Assembly (NCBI GenBank): GCA_937958705.1
Contig: CALGNJ010000007.1
Coordinates: forward strand, 1-56,871
DNA from: Minisyncoccota bacterium
Lineage (GTDB): Bacteria > Patescibacteriota > Minisyncoccia > Phycocordibacterales > GCA-2747955
Length of the DNA: 56,871 nucleotides
Direction of reading: 5' to 3'
A program made the translations under genes and the position numbers. Of the stretch, positions 17,990 through 26,822 are shown one piece after another. The notes beneath the pieces are model-generated. The model ran no database searches. It was not told where the DNA came from and saw only the letters and a list, made by a program, of their open reading frames with translations. Each line of letters opens with the position of its first letter. The stretch's first letter is position 1.

Positions 17990-18430
17990 TTATTTGTTTA
18001 GTAATTCAGCTATCACATCATCAATCTCCTGGTATTTACCCTCTCCAAAGTGGGTGTATCTAATATCTCCTTCCTGATCAATGATGTACACAGCCGGCCA
18101 ATATTTATTCTTGAAGTTGTACCACGTAGCAAACTTATTGTCTTGGACCACAGGGTACTCAAGACCAAATTTCTTCACTTCTCTTTGTACGTTTTCCAAG
18201 TGATGCTCGAACACAAACTCTGGAGCATGTATACCAATGAGGACAAAGTCGTCATCTTTGTACTTCTCCCACAATGCTTTGTTGTGATCAAGTGTCCTAA
18301 TGCAATTAATACATGAGTACGTCCAGAAATCTATGAGCACGACCTTCCCTTGAAGTGACTCCAGCGTTTCAATAGGTTCTGAGTTTATCCAGTTAGTAAG
18401 TCCCTCAAACTCAGGAGCTTTCTTTTTCAT
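17990..18430 (-). CDS. TlpA/redoxin-like thioredoxin-fold protein resembling the DipZ C-terminal domain
   Basis: FWTYSCINC CxxC motif and YWPAVYIID. No signal peptide or TM is visible. Confidence 0.8.
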   Translation of the reverse strand: MKKKAPEFEGLTNWINSEPIETLESLQGKVVLIDFWTYSCINCIRTLDHNKALWEKYKDDDFVLIGIHAPEFVFEHHLENVQREVKKFGLEYPVVQDNKFATWYNFKNKYWPAVYIIDQEGDIRYTHFGEGKYQEIDDVIAELLNK

Positions 18431-18466
18431 AGTGAGAAGTGTTGGTTCTGTTTTTACCTCTGCTCT

Positions 18467-19240
18467 TCACTCGGCGTCTTGGACAGAAACCTCCTCTTGC
18501 TCTTGGAGTTTTTCATCCAGAAGCCGCTGTTCAAAGTTTGAGATATTAAACCCTGCATCTAGAATTGCTATTTCAATTTTTTTATCAATTCCCGTTAAGA
18601 TACCGATAGAAACTAGTAGAAATAAAATCCCTAGACCTCGTTTAAACCATCCTTTTGGATCAGACGCTATGTTTAATTTCCCAAGTGCTTTTTGTCCTGC
18701 GAATGCCACCACAAACATGATCAATGACAGCCCAAGTGCATACACAATAAGGTTTAGTAGTCCCACAAAGAAACTTTGCGGTAATACCGTACCGAGAATC
18801 AAGAAGTATGTTGGTGAACACGAGGCAAACACTGGTCCGAGTGCCGCTCCCATAAGAATCATGGGTACGTATCCCTCTTTCTTGCTCTGATTAAACAATG
18901 CTTTTTCGCTTGCGTGTTTTAGAGAAAATTTCTTAGGAGTACACTTCTGCATCAGTTTTGCCCACGTTACCGGGAACAAAAGTGAAAGCGCAAATAGAAG
19001 AATAATTCCTCCCGAGAAATATGTCCAAAACGCTTGTGGGATATCAATGAATACCGTTGATGCTTTGAGGACCAAGGTAAACAACACTATTGATACTGCA
19101 AGTGAAACCGTAATAATTACTGGCCTGATAACTCTGTTGTCCTGAACTGACCCCCCGATAATCACCGGCAGTAGCGGTAAAATACATGGAGCCAGGACCG
19201 TTAGTACTCCAGCAATAAATGATAATACGAGAAATTCCAT
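18467..19240 (-). CDS. ccdA: Cytochrome c biogenesis CcdA/DsbD-family thiol-disulfide electron transporter
   Basis: LAPCILPLLPV motif in a multi-TM protein. Confidence 0.85.
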   Translation of the reverse strand: MEFLVLSFIAGVLTVLAPCILPLLPVIIGGSVQDNRVIRPVIITVSLAVSIVLFTLVLKASTVFIDIPQAFWTYFSGGIILLFALSLLFPVTWAKLMQKCTPKKFSLKHASEKALFNQSKKEGYVPMILMGAALGPVFASCSPTYFLILGTVLPQSFFVGLLNLIVYALGLSLIMFVVAFAGQKALGKLNIASDPKGWFKRGLGILFLLVSIGILTGIDKKIEIAILDAGFNISNFEQRLLDEKLQEQEEVSVQDAE

Positions 19241-19246
19241 ACGTAC

Positions 19247-19897
19247 TTAGTTAAGTTGTGATACTACTGAACTAAGCGTGTTTCCTCCTCGCCATTTTTT
19301 AACCAGTGTTCCGTTCTTATCAACTTGCACAAGTGTGTGTTGCGTTGTTACTCCGTATCGTTTTTTAAGCTCAGTTTCTGAATCATAATTTGCATCTAAA
19401 ATAAGTAGATCAGAAGGAATTGCTGACGCGTTTGCTCCGATGTCTGATTTAAGTGCTCGACATGATGGACACCAATCTGCAAAGAACCCAATAACAATAT
19501 CACCGTCTGCAGATGCTACTGCGTTTGCTGAGTACGCTTTAAAAACTCCTGGTCCAGCTGATACTGGTTCTTCTTTGATCATTACCTCAGCTTCCGTCTC
19601 AGTTTTAATCATCACTCCTTCATCAGAAGATTTTTCCATTTTGTCTTCTTCTTTTTTCATCATGACATCTTCCTTTTCCATTTTTTCCATAGAGTCACCT
19701 TCTTGTTTCTCCATTGCACTCTCCTCGTTCTTCTCCATTCGCTCCATCTCTAGTTTTTCAGCTTGCGCATCGGCTGATCCTTGTTGTGATACCTCCGTCG
19801 TTTGGTTTGCTGCCTGATTTTCAGATCCAGACAGGAAATACCATCCTCCTCCAATAATAACTAGTAGTGCCACTGCTATTCCAATTACATTATTCAT
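19247..19897 (-). CDS. Membrane-anchored thioredoxin with a Met/Glu/Lys-rich linker
   Basis: N-terminal TM and a C-terminal Trx fold with WCPSC. Confidence 0.8.
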   Translation of the reverse strand: MNNVIGIAVALLVIIGGGWYFLSGSENQAANQTTEVSQQGSADAQAEKLEMERMEKNEESAMEKQEGDSMEKMEKEDVMMKKEEDKMEKSSDEGVMIKTETEAEVMIKEEPVSAGPGVFKAYSANAVASADGDIVIGFFADWCPSCRALKSDIGANASAIPSDLLILDANYDSETELKKRYGVTTQHTLVQVDKNGTLVKKWRGGNTLSSVVSQLN

Positions 19898-19916
19898 ACG
19901 TTTATTTTTAATTTAA

Positions 19917-19950
19917 TAAAATACCTCCTGAGTGTATCAGGAGGTATTTT
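19917..19950 (-). terminator. Intrinsic terminator
   Basis: aaaatacctcctga/tcaggaggtatttt 14-bp stem. Confidence 0.75.
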
Positions 19951-19984
19951 AAATGTCAAGTCTACTTTACATTTGAAATAGTCT

Positions 19985-20341
19985 CTAGTGCTTTCTATCT
20001 AAATAAAATCGTATCGCAAGCCTGGTAACAAGCATCGCAACCAGAGCAATAAATAACCAGCTGTCTACTTTATGAACGGTAATCGTCTGTACTAATATCC
20101 CCAAAAGAAGTGCTACAGCGCCAACGACATACCCAGACTCTGCGGCCATTGTATGGTGATTTTGCTCTCTCTCATCACGATCTGTTCTTTTAAGGGTGCT
20201 GAAAATAAAAACCAAAAACATAACCACTACTACCACGTAACACAAGACATACGCCATCGGAGCAAGTGATGCATAAAACAACCCTATTGAGATAACTAAG
20301 ATTATAAGTGCTACTAATTCTTTAATGATTGTTGGATTCAT
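19985..20341 (-). CDS. Membrane protein (DUF2178-like partner of a small XRE regulator)
   Basis: 4 TM segments. Start MNPTIIKE lies directly after the HTH gene. Confidence 0.55.
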   Translation of the reverse strand: MNPTIIKELVALIILVISIGLFYASLAPMAYVLCYVVVVVMFLVFIFSTLKRTDRDEREQNHHTMAAESGYVVGAVALLLGILVQTITVHKVDSWLFIALVAMLVTRLAIRFYLDRKH

Positions 20342-20351
20342 AGTACTGTGC

Positions 20352-20567
20352 TTATTTCTTTTTATTAATACCGAAAATGTCTTCAACCGGTTGACCAATG
20401 TACTTTGCTAATTTAAGCGCAAGAAGAACAGAGGGTGTGTAGTTCCCTTTTTCGATTGCAATAATTGTTTGTCTTGTAACACCCACAGCCTCTGCTAGTT
20501 CTTGTTGTGTTATTCCTTTATCTTTTCGTACTGATTTAACGCACGATACAATTTCTTCTTTACTCAT
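20352..20567 (-). CDS. XRE-family helix-turn-helix transcriptional regulator (~71 aa)
   Basis: GITQQELAEAVGVTRQTIIAIEKGNYTPS HTH_3 motif. Confidence 0.85.
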   Translation of the reverse strand: MSKEEIVSCVKSVRKDKGITQQELAEAVGVTRQTIIAIEKGNYTPSVLLALKLAKYIGQPVEDIFGINKKK

Positions 20568-20627
20568 GTAAAGACAAGTATACATAGTTTGTTTCATCGA
20601 GGCAAGATAAAACCTATACCCCATTGC

Positions 20628-20729
20628 TCACTCCAGCCCGTTATCGTCATCTATATATGCTCCAAAAATAGTGTCCGTTAAATAAAAGCCATATCCACCA
20701 AATAGTCTTTTGGTGTGGACTTCCTCCAT
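20628..20729 (-). pseudogene. TfoX N-terminal-domain-like fragment (truncated)
   Basis: MEEVHTKRLFGGYGFYLTDTIFGAYIDDD resembles the rrMFGGyGlY..g.mFa core of TfoX_N. It is only ~33-45 codons, versus ~95 for the domain. Confidence 0.3.
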
Positions 20730-20781
20730 GTCAGTTAACACGTCGTACACTATATAGTCTCTGAATGATTTTTTGTCCGTA

Positions 20782-21633
20782 TCATTGAAGTGTTGGAGGA
20801 TTCTCTAGACACTGTGTTACCTCTGGTGTCATGGTCCAGCCACACTCACCACTTGCCTGCGTCTTACATTCAGAGAATCGGTAACAGGCGTACTCTTCTC
20901 TAAATTCACATGTACTAATCCCTCCTCCAGCATCCATCTCTTCTTGTGATATACAAAGCTGAGAACTACATCCTGCCACAACACAGCCATTACCTTCTTG
21001 TTCTTCTTTTGTCCGAGCAAGCACTTCAACTAGAGAGTACTGATATAGTCCAGCATCAGCTGGAATCTTTTCTGGATCTATTGTGCCCCACCGTAGCGTC
21101 CGCTCGATCTGCAATGTATATCTGTATCCCACTTCGTGTTCAAACCCATTGATTACATCATAAAAGAGATCTCCATCTACCACTAAACATGCCTGATCAG
21201 AAACTCCTACACAATTAACCTTTTTGGGCCCCACCTCAACAGTCAGAGTTATTCCGTCACCAGGTAGACTTATTAGTTCTTGGATTTGTTCTACAAATGT
21301 CTGCCCCTTGAACACACACTGGCGCGGATATGACTCGAGAATAGTTCCTGTTACGTCAATACATGAAAAAAAGTCTGTCACAACAGGCTCTTCTGTCCCT
21401 GGTGGTTTTATGCCTGGCTCAATTGGCTCTTGCTCATCTTCTTCGTTTACCAGGTTCGTTGTTGTTGAAACTGGATTATCATCTGGAGTGGTGTCTACCA
21501 CTAGAATCACCGGTTGTATCGGCTCTTTAACCTGAACGTCTCTGGAAGAGTCACTCGCTCCCAAAATAAAATACCCCGCGATAAACGTGACGACTACCAG
21601 AACAAAGAATGAGAAAATCTGTTTCTTTTGCAT
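20782..21633 (-). CDS. Secreted or anchored protein with a C-terminal eight-cysteine module
   Basis: N-terminal TM/signal sequence. Eight Cys in the last ~60 aa (GCVVAGCSSQLC...GECGW...QC). Confidence 0.6.
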   Translation of the reverse strand: MQKKQIFSFFVLVVVTFIAGYFILGASDSSRDVQVKEPIQPVILVVDTTPDDNPVSTTTNLVNEEDEQEPIEPGIKPPGTEEPVVTDFFSCIDVTGTILESYPRQCVFKGQTFVEQIQELISLPGDGITLTVEVGPKKVNCVGVSDQACLVVDGDLFYDVINGFEHEVGYRYTLQIERTLRWGTIDPEKIPADAGLYQYSLVEVLARTKEEQEGNGCVVAGCSSQLCISQEEMDAGGGISTCEFREEYACYRFSECKTQASGECGWTMTPEVTQCLENPPTLQ

Positions 21634-21669
21634 AGAAGCTTGTTATATGCCCTATGGTATCATAGCTTG

Positions 21670-22581
21670 ATGATTGAAATTACAGGCGTGAACAAAACAT
21701 ACAGTAATGGTTTTGTTGCTCTCAAAGACGTAAACCTGACTATTAATAAAGGAGAAGTATTTGCATTACTCGGTCCAAACGGAGCTGGTAAAACTAGTCT
21801 TATTAGTGCTATTTGCGGACTGGTTGAGCCTACATCTGGAACCATAACCGTTGGTGGGTTTGATACCAGGAAGGATTACAGGCAGGCTCGTTCTTTAATT
21901 GGGTTGGTACCTCAAGAGCTATTTCTGGAAATCTTTGAAACTGTATGGAGCACTATGACCTACGCTCGAGGGTTCTTTGGGAAAAAGGATGATCCTGCAT
22001 TGTATGAACAAATCTTAAAAGATCTATCATTGTGGGATAAAAAAGATACTAAGATTCAAGCTCTTTCTGGTGGAATGAAGCGCCGAGTTCTGATTGCTCG
22101 GGCGCTTACCAATGAGCCCTCTGTTCTTTTTCTTGATGAGCCAACAGCTGGCGTAGATGTTGAACTACGTCGTGAAATGCTAGAGGTAGTTAAGAACCTG
22201 CAGAAGCGCGGGACCACCGTAATCCTCACTACGCACTATATCGAAGAGGCTGAAGAACTTGCAGATCGAGTAGGAATTATTTCTGGAGGTGAGATAAAAC
22301 TTGTAGAAAATAAGGTAGACCTGATGAAACGCATGGGTCACAAAACACTTTCTTTAAATCTAGAAAACAAATTAGATGCCCTACCCACAGACATCACACA
22401 AGAAGGAGTTTCCCTATCGAAAGATGGCACAAAAATACTCTACTCATACAAAACAGGATCAAACTCTGGTATCACATCACTATTATCAAATCTTAAAAAT
22501 GCAGGTATTGCATTTGAAGACCTCGACACAGAGCAATCATCGCTTGAAGAAATATTTGTAACACTCGTTAATCAACAATAA
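21670..22581 (+). CDS. ABC transporter ATP-binding protein (ABC-2 subfamily type)
   Basis: Walker A GPNGAGKTS, signature LSGGMKRR and Walker B LFLDEP. Confidence 0.92.
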   Translation: MIEITGVNKTYSNGFVALKDVNLTINKGEVFALLGPNGAGKTSLISAICGLVEPTSGTITVGGFDTRKDYRQARSLIGLVPQELFLEIFETVWSTMTYARGFFGKKDDPALYEQILKDLSLWDKKDTKIQALSGGMKRRVLIARALTNEPSVLFLDEPTAGVDVELRREMLEVVKNLQKRGTTVILTTHYIEEAEELADRVGIISGGEIKLVENKVDLMKRMGHKTLSLNLENKLDALPTDITQEGVSLSKDGTKILYSYKTGSNSGITSLLSNLKNAGIAFEDLDTEQSSLEEIFVTLVNQQ

Positions 22582-22582
22582 T

Positions 22583-23344
22583 ATGAACTGGATTGGACTA
22601 TGGACAATATATAAAAAAGAATTGCAGCGCACCCGGCGTGTTCTATTTCAGTCTGTTGTCTCACCTGTAATTACCACTGCTCTTTATTTTGTAGTATTCG
22701 GCTCAGCGATTGGAAGTGCAGTTACTACTATAGATGGCGTAAGCTACGCACAGTTTATCGTTCCTGGATTAATTATGATGGCTCTTCTTGCAAACAGTTT
22801 TTCGGCAGCCTCTTCTGGGATATACTTTCCAAAATTTATAGGAAGTATTTATGAACTACTCTCAGCCCCTATCTCGTACGTAGAAATAACTGCTGGATAT
22901 GTACTTGCAGCCACTACTCGTGCACTGCTTATTGGTGGAATCATTTTTGGAGTGGCACTTTTCTTTACCCCTCTTCCTGTTCTACATCCGTGGTGGGCAC
23001 TTGTATTCTCAATCCTTGTGTCTTTTGTATTTGCGCTCTTTGGATTTGTAGTTGGCCTGTGGGCATCAAACTTTGAACAACTTGGACTACTCCCAACCTT
23101 TGTAATTGCTCCTCTTTCTTTTCTTGGAGGTGTATTTTATTCAATTTCAATGCTTCCTCCTTTTTGGCAAACCGTTACGTTATTTAATCCGCTTGTGTAT
23201 ATGATTAATGGCCTCCGGTGGGCATTTTTTGGGATTACTGATGTACATCCCGTGTGGTCTATGGTTGTAACACTCTTATTTATGATACTTCTGTTTGGAG
23301 TAGTTGCGTGGATTTTTAAAACAGGATATAAATTACGAAAATAA
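22583..23344 (+). CDS. ABC-2 type transporter permease
   Basis: 6-TM protein adjacent to the ATPase with a 1-nt gap. Confidence 0.85.
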   Translation: MNWIGLWTIYKKELQRTRRVLFQSVVSPVITTALYFVVFGSAIGSAVTTIDGVSYAQFIVPGLIMMALLANSFSAASSGIYFPKFIGSIYELLSAPISYVEITAGYVLAATTRALLIGGIIFGVALFFTPLPVLHPWWALVFSILVSFVFALFGFVVGLWASNFEQLGLLPTFVIAPLSFLGGVFYSISMLPPFWQTVTLFNPLVYMINGLRWAFFGITDVHPVWSMVVTLLFMILLFGVVAWIFKTGYKLRK

Positions 23345-23349
23345 ACCTC

Positions 23350-24381
23350 ATGAATCTTACAGAATTTCAACAAGTATTCGATGCCCACTATCTTTCTTTT
23401 CTTGAAGAAAAATTAGCCTTGATAGATAAAACAACACAGCAGAACGAGAACAAGAGTTTATTTGCATATGCACAAACAATGAGTGAATCTGGTAAAAGAG
23501 TGCGACCTTATTTGTGTTATTTATCATATATTAGCAATGGAGGATTTTCCTTCGATGAAATTATTGATATCTGCATTGCTCTTGAATTAGTTCATACATT
23601 TGCTTTATTCCATGATGATGTCATGGATGAATCATCACTCAGACGCGGCGAGACAACTATTCACCACCAATACAAACATCTTACAAAGACACCCGCAACA
23701 GACCGATCAGGAGAAAGCATGGCTATACTTGTCGGAGATATGTATTTCACGTGGGCTTTTGAAAAAGCGTACTCACAAAAAGAACTATGTCAGGACGCAC
23801 GTGTAAAAAAAATATTTCACACATTACTGGAAGAAGTGATACATGGTCAAATCATTGATATTGTTGTCTCGGACTCAGAACAGGTATCAACACAAAAGCT
23901 GCGTGAGAAAAATAGACTCAAAACCTCTTCGTATACGTTTATGAGACCAATGGAGTTAGGATCTGCACTTGCTGGTGTGTTTGACACACAGAGTTTTATC
24001 CAAGCGGGAGTGCATCTAGGGGAAGCCTTCCAGGTGATTGATGATGTTATTGATGTTGTCGGAAATAGCAAAACATCAGACAAAGATACCTGTCTTGATA
24101 TTGAAACCGCCCAGCACACGCTTATCTCAAATTACATCCAAGATAACGCTTCTCCAGAGATACAAGAAGAATTTTTTTCATACTTTGGCAAAAGATTGTC
24201 TTCCCAGGATAAAAAGGTAATCACTCGCCTAGTCACTTCTTCTGGAGCAATAGAGCAAAGTAAAACACATGCGTCGCAAGAGATTGAGTCTGCATTACTG
24301 ATAATTAAAAATATAGTCACTAGTACTCATTACGTTCTATGGCAAGAACTAGGTGCCCTTCTAAAAAATAGAATGCATTAA
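23350..24381 (+). CDS. crtE: Polyprenyl diphosphate synthase (probable GGPP synthase)
   Basis: FARM FHDDVMD and SARM VIDDVID motifs. The gene symbol is by context only. Confidence 0.8.
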   Translation: MNLTEFQQVFDAHYLSFLEEKLALIDKTTQQNENKSLFAYAQTMSESGKRVRPYLCYLSYISNGGFSFDEIIDICIALELVHTFALFHDDVMDESSLRRGETTIHHQYKHLTKTPATDRSGESMAILVGDMYFTWAFEKAYSQKELCQDARVKKIFHTLLEEVIHGQIIDIVVSDSEQVSTQKLREKNRLKTSSYTFMRPMELGSALAGVFDTQSFIQAGVHLGEAFQVIDDVIDVVGNSKTSDKDTCLDIETAQHTLISNYIQDNASPEIQEEFFSYFGKRLSSQDKKVITRLVTSSGAIEQSKTHASQEIESALLIIKNIVTSTHYVLWQELGALLKNRMH

Positions 24382-24389
24382 GTGCACGC

Positions 24390-24421
24390 AAAACAGCGCG
24401 ACCGAAGGTCGCGCTGTTTTG
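24390..24421 (+). terminator. Strong hairpin with T-run between the polyprenyl synthase and phytoene synthase genes
   Basis: aaaacagcgcgacc/ggtcgcgctgtttt 14-bp stem. Confidence 0.7.
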
Positions 24422-24435
24422 CTACAATAGAGAAA

Positions 24436-25299
24436 ATGTCACACAACTACTACGAGCAATTCTCTTCTTTTGAAGATGTGGAGAAAAAATATGGCACTTC
24501 TTATTATTTGGCAACTCTTTTTTTTCCAAGAAAAATAAAGGAAGCAACTTTTGCACTATATACCTGGTTTAGAATACCTGATGAGATTGTAGATAACGCA
24601 CCTAGCGATTCGCAAAAAGAAACAGAACTATTACTTCAAGATTTTATAACCAAGTGGGACAAGGCATATAATGAAAGAGAGAGTGTTATTCCAAATCTCA
24701 AGGCTGTATCTGATATTTTCCATGACCATACAATCCCCTTTACTTTATCTCAAACATTTCTCAGAGCAATGATTCAAGACCTCCATACTAATAGATACAA
24801 AACCTATCAAGATGTAGAGGAGTATATGGATGGATCTGCTGCTGCCGTTGGATTAATTATGTCTCATGTAATTGGCTTTGAAGACGGAGCTCTTCCTTAC
24901 GCACAAAAACTTGGCTATGCTATGCAGCTTTCAAATTTTATACGGGACATCAAAGAAGATATAGATGAGAGAGACCGTATCTATTTTCCGACAGATGAAT
25001 TTAGTATTCATACTATCACCGAGCAAGACTTTGTTAATCACAACGTGGAAGCATTGCGACCATTTATAAAGACATATACTGACTTTACTCACAATATGTA
25101 TGACCAGGCATTGCCCGGAATTTTTATGTTAAAGAATGGACGCTTTGCAGTTGCATATGCAGCCTTTTTGTACCGGGGTATTTTAGAGAAAGTTGAGCAA
25201 GCAGACTACGATGTCTTCTCTGCACGGGTCTATACCACCAAGCGTGATAAAATAGCTCTATTATGCAAAACAATAGTATTCCTAATAAGAAAAAAATAA
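24436..25299 (+). CDS. crtB: Phytoene/dehydrosqualene synthase family (CrtB/CrtM)
   Basis: YYLATLFFP, the FRIPDEIVD Asp-rich box and the RDI.ED second box. Confidence 0.88.
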   Translation: MSHNYYEQFSSFEDVEKKYGTSYYLATLFFPRKIKEATFALYTWFRIPDEIVDNAPSDSQKETELLLQDFITKWDKAYNERESVIPNLKAVSDIFHDHTIPFTLSQTFLRAMIQDLHTNRYKTYQDVEEYMDGSAAAVGLIMSHVIGFEDGALPYAQKLGYAMQLSNFIRDIKEDIDERDRIYFPTDEFSIHTITEQDFVNHNVEALRPFIKTYTDFTHNMYDQALPGIFMLKNGRFAVAYAAFLYRGILEKVEQADYDVFSARVYTTKRDKIALLCKTIVFLIRKK

Positions 25300-26789
25300 T
25301 CATCATTGGTAGTGGTATTGCAGGACTAGGATCTGCAGCACTGCTTTCTAAGACAGGTCACCAAGTCCATGTATACGAAAAAAATGACAGGTTAGGAGGT
25401 CGCGCAAGCATCTGGAAAAAAGATGGGTATACGTTTGATATGGGTCCCTCTTGGTACATGATGCCCGATATTTTTGAGCATTTTTTTGAGCTACTTGGAG
25501 AAGATATTAATAATCATCTCTCCCTCAAACGTCTCAGTCCTTCATATCGAATTTTTTTTGAGGGAGAACAAAAGCCCTACGATTTTTACTCTGATCTGAA
25601 AAAAAATAAAGCAATCTTTGAATCAATTGAACCCGGGTCTGGGAAAAAACTTGCAGCCCACCTAAAGAGTGGAAAATATCAGTACGAAATAGCGAGACGT
25701 GAGTTTATGTTCAAAAACTATGATTCTATTTTTGACTTTATAAACAAACGTGTCGCAACAGAAGGGCGTAAGCTCCCCCTTTTTTCTTCGATGGAATCAA
25801 TAGTTAATAAAAATTTCACGTCTCCTATTTTACAAAAAGTCTTACAATATCAAACGGTGTTATTGGGTACCTCACCTAAAAAGTGCCCTGGTATATACAG
25901 CCTGATGAATCATATCGATATGGATGGTGGAATTTGGTATCCTCAAGGTGGATTATATGCAGTCACACAAGCGCTGGTGGCAATTTGCAAGAAGCACGGT
26001 GTAGTATTTCATACCAACACACCAGTGTCTAAGATTAAATCTTATAATAATACTATTACTGGAGTACAGCTTGAAAACGGCACGTCTATTCCGGCTGAGG
26101 TAGTTATCTCTAATGCTGATTTGACTCATACTGATACACAATTACTTGGCAAGAAACGCGCTGACAGAACTTTTTCTTACTGGAACAAGAAAAAAATGAG
26201 TCCCTCTGGATTTATTATGTATCTTGGGGTTGATGGAGAGATCCCTTCGCTTGATCACCATAATCTTTATTTCCTCAAAGACTGGGACAAAGGAAACTCT
26301 GATGTGTTTAATAAAAAAACACTCCCCGAAGATCCTTCATTCTATCTGTGCTGCCCCTCTAAATCTGACCGGAGCGTTGCACCACAAGGGAAAGAGAATC
26401 TATTTTTACTAGTTCCGATTCCAGCTGGTTGCGAATATACCCAACAAGAGCTAGAGGACTACCAGGCAGATATGATTACCCATGTCTCTGAAAAAATGAA
26501 CATCCCCGACCTTGGAACGAGGATAGAGGTTTCTCGGACATTTTGTGTGGAGGACTTTGTATCCGAATACAATGCTTTTAAAGGAAATGCTCTCTCTGGA
26601 ATGGCTCATTCACTCACACAGACCGCATTTTTTAGACCTAATAATACTCATTCAAAAATCAAGAATCTGTATTTTGCAGGTGCAGGTACAAACCCGGGAA
26701 TTGGAGTTCCTATTTGTCTTATATCAGCAGAATTAGTTTATAAACGTATTGCTAACATAAACACCCCCGAGCCACTCTCGGCATTATAA
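25263..26789 (+). CDS. crtI: Phytoene desaturase family (CrtI/CrtN), FAD-dependent
   Basis: IIIGSGIAGLGSAALL...EKNDRLGGRA dinucleotide fold and the C-terminal GAGTNPG motif. Confidence 0.9.
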   Translation: MQNNSIPNKKKIIIIGSGIAGLGSAALLSKTGHQVHVYEKNDRLGGRASIWKKDGYTFDMGPSWYMMPDIFEHFFELLGEDINNHLSLKRLSPSYRIFFEGEQKPYDFYSDLKKNKAIFESIEPGSGKKLAAHLKSGKYQYEIARREFMFKNYDSIFDFINKRVATEGRKLPLFSSMESIVNKNFTSPILQKVLQYQTVLLGTSPKKCPGIYSLMNHIDMDGGIWYPQGGLYAVTQALVAICKKHGVVFHTNTPVSKIKSYNNTITGVQLENGTSIPAEVVISNADLTHTDTQLLGKKRADRTFSYWNKKKMSPSGFIMYLGVDGEIPSLDHHNLYFLKDWDKGNSDVFNKKTLPEDPSFYLCCPSKSDRSVAPQGKENLFLLVPIPAGCEYTQQELEDYQADMITHVSEKMNIPDLGTRIEVSRTFCVEDFVSEYNAFKGNALSGMAHSLTQTAFFRPNNTHSKIKNLYFAGAGTNPGIGVPICLISAELVYKRIANINTPEPLSAL

Positions 26790-26791
26790 AT

Positions 26792-26822
26792 AAAAAGAGC
26801 GGGCCACAGGCCCGCTCTTTTT
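26792..26822. terminator. Bidirectional terminator (agagcgggcc/ggcccgctct)
   Basis: Stem plus T-run. The same stem recurs at 55608-55638. Confidence 0.75.
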
